DNA of 64,000 nucleotides from a virus (Duplodnaviria; Caudoviricetes): IMG/VR virus record IMGVR_UViG_3300027205_000173, positions 32,001 to 96,000 of that record; one strand, 5' to 3'. Shown piece by piece: positions 57,622 to 64,000 of this stretch (position 1 is its first letter; each line of letters starts with the position of its first letter). The notes under the pieces were generated by a model. It saw only the letters and a program-made list of their open reading frames with translations, ran no database searches and was not told where the DNA came from. The position numbers and the translations under genes were made by a program.

Positions 57622-57623
57622 TT

Positions 57624-58979
57624 ATGCCTAGGTCGGGTTTCAGTTCTAAAGTTTTGGGGTTTAGCAGTGCTATTCCGTTCTCTGCTACTGGCGGTACTAC
57701 TACAGATAGTGGTGGTTATCGTTACCATACTTTTAATGCTTCGGGCAACTTTGTTGTTACTGGTAGCAAAAGTATGGACCTTCTTGTTGTAGGCGGAGGT
57801 GGTGGGGGTTCAGGGGCAAGTGGTGACAAGTTCAACAACTATGCTGGTATCGGCGGTGGTGCTGGAGTATTTACTACAGTAACAAGAACCTTATCTGGTG
57901 GAACTTACCCAGTAACCATTGGCGCTGGTGGTGGTACTGCATCAGAAGGATACAGGGGAGTCCCTTCTTTGTTTAAGTTTACTGATGCTTCAGCACCTAC
58001 TTATGCCGTTGGCGACACTGGTCCTGCTGGTGGTAAAATATTTATGACACCATCAACATCAGGTAACAGCACTGGTTTATATTTTGAAGTTGCGCCAGTT
58101 GCTTCTGAGGTATCAAGAACTTGGGCGCAATCTTCCTTACAGAGCACACTAGTTGTTGGAGCACGATTTAATGAAATCGGCACAGGCACTACCATTACTC
58201 CGCTCATTGTTGCTCAAGGTAACTTAAGTGCCTCTACTTGCGCCGCAACCTATTGTTCCGATTACACATATGGTGGTTACTCGGATTGGTTTCTACCATC
58301 AAAAGATGAAATGACTGCGCTTTATGCAAATAGAGTCGCGGTCAATAGTAGCATTAGTACTTCGGTCCGCTATCATTCCTGTTCAGAGGAATTATTTCAA
58401 ACTAGTTACATTACATACAACAGAGTCTGGGCTGTTGGCAACGGTACTGGTGTAGTAAGCAAAAACGACTCTTATTTAGTGCGCCCAGTAAGAGCATTTT
58501 CTGCTTCAACATTTGTGCCTATCTATGCAGTTGGAGGCTCTGAAACTAATAGCACTTCTTCTACTGCTGGTGGAAATAGCGTATTTGAAGGTGGTCTAGA
58601 ATATTCAGCCGACCTGCCAACTTCTTCAGGTGGTGGCGGTACTTCGGCAGTTGGGCAAACCCCTTATTACACTTCACCAAATTATTATTCAGGTAATGGT
58701 GGTGCTGGTTCTACTTGGAATAGTTTTAAGTCGTTTGGTGGTGGTGGTGGTGCTGGAGGCTATTATTCTACTGGCTACTACACTATTAACAACCGAGGTA
58801 CTGGGGGAACAACTGGTGGAGGTGCAGGCAGCGACCCTACTCTTGCTACACCTATTGCTGGCGGAAATGGCACCGCTAACACTGGCGGTGGAGGTGGCGG
58901 TGGGTCATTCAAAGATTACAGTACAACAGCAGGTGGTAACGGTGGTTCAGGTGTAGTTATTGTGAGGTATCTGCTATGA
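57624..58979 (+). CDS. Glycine-rich tail-fibre/receptor-binding protein with an inserted DUF1566-like domain
   Basis: ATGG...YRYHTF..SG...LVVGGGGGG...GGSGVVIVRY frame; insert GDTGPAGGKIF...GGYSDWFLPSKDE...VRPVRAF. Confidence 0.65.
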   Translation: MPRSGFSSKVLGFSSAIPFSATGGTTTDSGGYRYHTFNASGNFVVTGSKSMDLLVVGGGGGGSGASGDKFNNYAGIGGGAGVFTTVTRTLSGGTYPVTIGAGGGTASEGYRGVPSLFKFTDASAPTYAVGDTGPAGGKIFMTPSTSGNSTGLYFEVAPVASEVSRTWAQSSLQSTLVVGARFNEIGTGTTITPLIVAQGNLSASTCAATYCSDYTYGGYSDWFLPSKDEMTALYANRVAVNSSISTSVRYHSCSEELFQTSYITYNRVWAVGNGTGVVSKNDSYLVRPVRAFSASTFVPIYAVGGSETNSTSSTAGGNSVFEGGLEYSADLPTSSGGGGTSAVGQTPYYTSPNYYSGNGGAGSTWNSFKSFGGGGGAGGYYSTGYYTINNRGTGGTTGGGAGSDPTLATPIAGGNGTANTGGGGGGGSFKDYSTTAGGNGGSGVVIVRYLL

Positions 58980-59287
58980 GTCATTTTGCTGAATTAAATG
59001 AAAACAATGTTGTACTTCGTGTGCTCGTTTGCGACAACGATGACCCAAACGACGACGAAGGCTATCAATGGCTGATTGACAATTTGGGTGGGCGTTGGGT
59101 TCAAACAAGTTACAACGGCAACTTCAGGGGTTGTTTTGCTGGGATTGGTTTTACTTACGATGAGGAACTGGATGTGTTTAAAGCACCTATCCGAAATCCT
59201 CGTCAACTCAACCCCAATATGATTCCGCCAACGAGTCAAGAAAACACTACTGTTTATACATTTGGAGATGATGAAAATGTTACATGA
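58976..59287 (+). CDS. Conserved fibre-associated protein
   Basis: MSHFAEL.ENNVVLRV...WVQTSYNGNFR..FAGIG.TYD...F. Confidence 0.7.
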   Translation: MSHFAELNENNVVLRVLVCDNDDPNDDEGYQWLIDNLGGRWVQTSYNGNFRGCFAGIGFTYDEELDVFKAPIRNPRQLNPNMIPPTSQENTTVYTFGDDENVT

Positions 59288-59665
59288 AGACTTGGGTTTT
59301 GTGGGGAATATTTGGGTTCGCCAAAATACTATGGAAGCAATCGGTGACACAAATGGTGGTCATGCTCACCAGCACGACCATGTGACATTGCTCGTAAAAG
59401 GTTCCGTTGAAGTTCAGGTTGGCGAATACCCATCAAAGACATTTGTTGCCCCAACCTTTATTGTTATCCGAAAAGGTTTGCACCATAAGTTTACGGCGTT
59501 AGAAGACGAAACCATTTATTATTGTGTGTTTGCTTTGCGTGACATTGATGGCGACCCAACGGAAATTATTGAAGACCGACATATTCCATATTCGTTAGCA
59601 ACAACTGAACCCAATCTTTGGGAAGAGTTTATAGAGTGGCGTAATCGCCAACAAGGGAATAAATA

Positions 59666-59666
<1 letters not shown>
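59268..59666 (+). CDS. Cupin-fold protein
   Basis: [19 protein letters not shown]...APTFI.I....HHKFTALED...YCV. Confidence 0.75.
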
Positions 59667-61725
<2,059 letters not shown>

Positions 61726-61729
<4 letters not shown>

Positions 61730-61875
61730 GTGACGTACAATTAGATGTCAATAAGATTATTGAATCTTTGACAAACCAGATTGCAGCACAGGCGCAGCGA
61801 ATTGCTGTCCTTGAGGCAACGATTGTGGCTATGCGCCAATTATCAGAGAAAAGCACCACACCAAACGCCGAATAA
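61726..61875 (+). CDS. Small coiled-coil protein, 49 aa (not in ORF track)
   Basis: GGAG RBS and ATGA overlap; [31 protein letters not shown].... Confidence 0.6.
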
Positions 61876-61925
61876 GCCCCACGGTAGTGCTCGCAGTGTA
61901 AGATTAATGTGGACCAGGAGCATGT

Positions 61926-62219
61926 ATGAACACAATTAAAATACCGATTGAGTATGGTCGTGATGGATTTGCGCAAGTCACAGATGATACAGATGATTAT
62001 TATAAGCAATTATTGAGTATTACGGCACGAACAGAGCGAGACATGAGTCCACTGTTTCCTGAATTTGGCGTACAAGACCCGACATTCAATATTGTTGACA
62101 ATGGAGTATTTCTTATTAATGCATCTAAATATATTCCAGAAATAATACTCACAGAGATTGACACAAACATAGACGAACAAGGCAATAACTTCATCAGATT
62201 CAACTTCACGAGACGATAA
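61926..62219 (+). CDS. Baseplate wedge gp25/gpW-like protein
   Basis: T..ER...PEFGVQDPTF; precedes the baseplate J gene. Confidence 0.7.
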   Translation: MNTIKIPIEYGRDGFAQVTDDTDDYYKQLLSITARTERDMSPLFPEFGVQDPTFNIVDNGVFLINASKYIPEIILTEIDTNIDEQGNNFIRFNFTRR

Positions 62220-62222
62220 AAA

Positions 62223-63575
62223 ATGCCCATTGACTTTAGCCCATACATTAGTCTTACCCCAGCAAACCTGGAACCAGGCGATATCTATCAGCAATCGATT
62301 GACGTCGCACTGACGGTCCTCCCCGAATTCAATCTTCGTCGCGGAACACTAGAAGATGCAATTTTTCAAGCATCCGCATACATGAACGCCCTCAACATCG
62401 CCACCATTAACAGCCTTCCATCACGTCTCATGGAAGGATTTGCAAATCTCGTTGGCTACTCAAGATTTGAAGGAACGAGAGCAACCTTGACGCTCACGGT
62501 CACCGCTTTTGACGCAGCCGGAGGCGTTGTCCCAATAGCAACAATTTTCTCCCATCGATATGTCGAGCAAGATGGAACAATAACGGAATACGCATACGAA
62601 ACAACAGAAGAAGTAGATTTAGCCCCAATATGGTCCGCTAACACTGCATATGTGACGGACCAATACGTCACATATAGTACCAGCACATATAAGGCGCTAC
62701 AAAATGGAACAAACCAAAACCCAGGAACACAAACGGCATACTGGGACCTCGTGAATGGGGCAGACCCATCACCATCCGCCAGCATTCAAGTCATATCAAA
62801 AACCATCGGATACACGCCAACTATCACTTCAGGAACGGAACTTGTCTGTATTACGACGAATAATGTCGTGGATAATGCATTTGCTGAAGACGATTTTGTT
62901 ATAGGACAAGACGGGGACATCGACTCCACCTACCTGTCTGGAGTACGCACACATCTACAAACCCTATCCAATAGCCTCTCAACGGCGGATCAAATGCGAT
63001 CTGGTATTTTGGTAACCTATCGTGAAGTAGAAATTTGTAAAGTGTACGATCTTACAGACCCGACATATTTGCTATTTAGTGCTGCTGCCGCCGATGGATA
63101 CGTAACTGCATTTGTCTATGGTAGAGATAGGGTTCTCACCGACGCCGAACTTGCATCAATTGATACTTTCATTACCAACAAAGCAGTACCGGGACTTGAA
63201 GTATCAATACAGAACTATCAATTTGCCCCATTTACAATCAACATAGCCATAACACACAACTCGCTAATAGATAGTGCCGATGTTGAAGAATCAATTAAAC
63301 TATACATAGTTAACGCATTTAACTATACAAACTTCCCTCTGTATAAAAAAGACATCACGTCAAACTACATTGCTTCAATTGTCTTCCAGGCGGCTATAGG
63401 GGTCATTAACGTATCTTCGTGCACGATGCAACACACAGGCACGGGCACGGGATCACCTTATTATAGCGAAACGGCCAACACCAATACATCGACATTGACT
63501 TTTCTAAAAAAAGGTTACTTACCACTCATTACCACTAGCAGCATTACAATAGCCTCAACACCACTGGTCCTCTAA
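62223..63575 (+). CDS. Baseplate J-like protein with an inserted CBM5/12-like module
   Basis: LVGYSRFEGTRA..T.T...G.D.D..YL...GYVTAFV; insert WSANTAYVTDQYVTY...YKAL...PG...YW. Confidence 0.75.
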   Translation: MPIDFSPYISLTPANLEPGDIYQQSIDVALTVLPEFNLRRGTLEDAIFQASAYMNALNIATINSLPSRLMEGFANLVGYSRFEGTRATLTLTVTAFDAAGGVVPIATIFSHRYVEQDGTITEYAYETTEEVDLAPIWSANTAYVTDQYVTYSTSTYKALQNGTNQNPGTQTAYWDLVNGADPSPSASIQVISKTIGYTPTITSGTELVCITTNNVVDNAFAEDDFVIGQDGDIDSTYLSGVRTHLQTLSNSLSTADQMRSGILVTYREVEICKVYDLTDPTYLLFSAAAADGYVTAFVYGRDRVLTDAELASIDTFITNKAVPGLEVSIQNYQFAPFTINIAITHNSLIDSADVEESIKLYIVNAFNYTNFPLYKKDITSNYIASIVFQAAIGVINVSSCTMQHTGTGTGSPYYSETANTNTSTLTFLKKGYLPLITTSSITIASTPLVL

Positions 63576-64000
63576 TGTACTACAACACGCCGTATTTATC
63601 TTGGCAAAATGGAATCGAACAATATGACGACGACGATGTCATCCGTAATGCGACATACCTAAACGCCGAAGACCCAAATGTTGCTTTTGTCAATAAATTT
63701 TACAACTGGACGGCGGCTCACGTAGACAGTAACGGCGTCGTAGTTGCTGGCACGCCACAAATACTCGCCGTAGACGATAATAATTTGGCCCCATGGCGAC
63801 TAGCGTTACAAATAATACCGAACAACAACAACAATCTGCTGCTATCTATTACGGGAATAGCCATAGATGGAACGACTACCGCAGAACTGGATTCATTAAC
63901 ATACATTTTTCATGCCCTATTTAAAAGCAGTGAAAAAATATCTGTCAAAATATCTATGGAGGTAGATGGATATTCTCAAGATATCACCCCAGTAACAACA
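63575..64000 (+). CDS. Probable baseplate/tail protein (partial, runs off the right edge)
   Basis: TAATG coupling; starts MYYNTPYLSWQNG and appears open to the window end. Confidence 0.55.
   Translation, partial: MYYNTPYLSWQNGIEQYDDDDVIRNATYLNAEDPNVAFVNKFYNWTAAHVDSNGVVVAGTPQILAVDDNNLAPWRLALQIIPNNNNNLLLSITGIAIDGTTTAELDSLTYIFHALFKSSEKISVKISMEVDGYSQDITPVTT

Overview
This is a 64-kb segment of a large tailed dsDNA phage with a contractile tail (myovirus). The host is probably an actinobacterium, inferred from repeated leaderless TAnnnT-N6-7-ATG starts. Left arm (1-23.1 kb, minus strand): a head module made of a small membrane protein, an HK97-type portal, a 3658-aa protein that begins with an HK97/S78 prohead protease, a 709-aa acidic Cys/PepSY-like protein, and a giant ORF of at least 2503 codons (7511 to <1). 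The ORF track misses that last ORF because it has no stop inside the window. Middle (23.1-42.4 kb): divergently transcribed terminase, Rad52-like SSAP, PD-(D/E)XK nuclease, HNH, RuvC, ParB-like proteins, a PAPS-reductase/ParB (IbrAB-like) pair, tRNA-Ile(UAU), tRNA-Asn(GUU) and many small ORFs. Right arm (42.5-64 kb): neck, sheath, tube, chaperone with a probable -1 frameshift, tape measure, baseplate and fibres. The main observation is a short motif, G-[MLFV]-R-S-[RQKT], that punctuates the two giant head proteins. It occurs 24 times in the protease fusion, at least 5 times in the second giant protein and once in the tape measure. It falls at domain boundaries (DEDDh exonuclease, DUF3626-like, KTSC, SH3-like) and exactly at the ends of duplicated cassettes. 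This suggests a motif-delimited virion-cargo polyprotein system. Also notable are two hairpins that sequester a Shine-Dalgarno sequence and carry a -10 box in their loop. No major capsid gene is recognisable in the window. All domain calls come from manual translation and motif recognition; no database searches were run.
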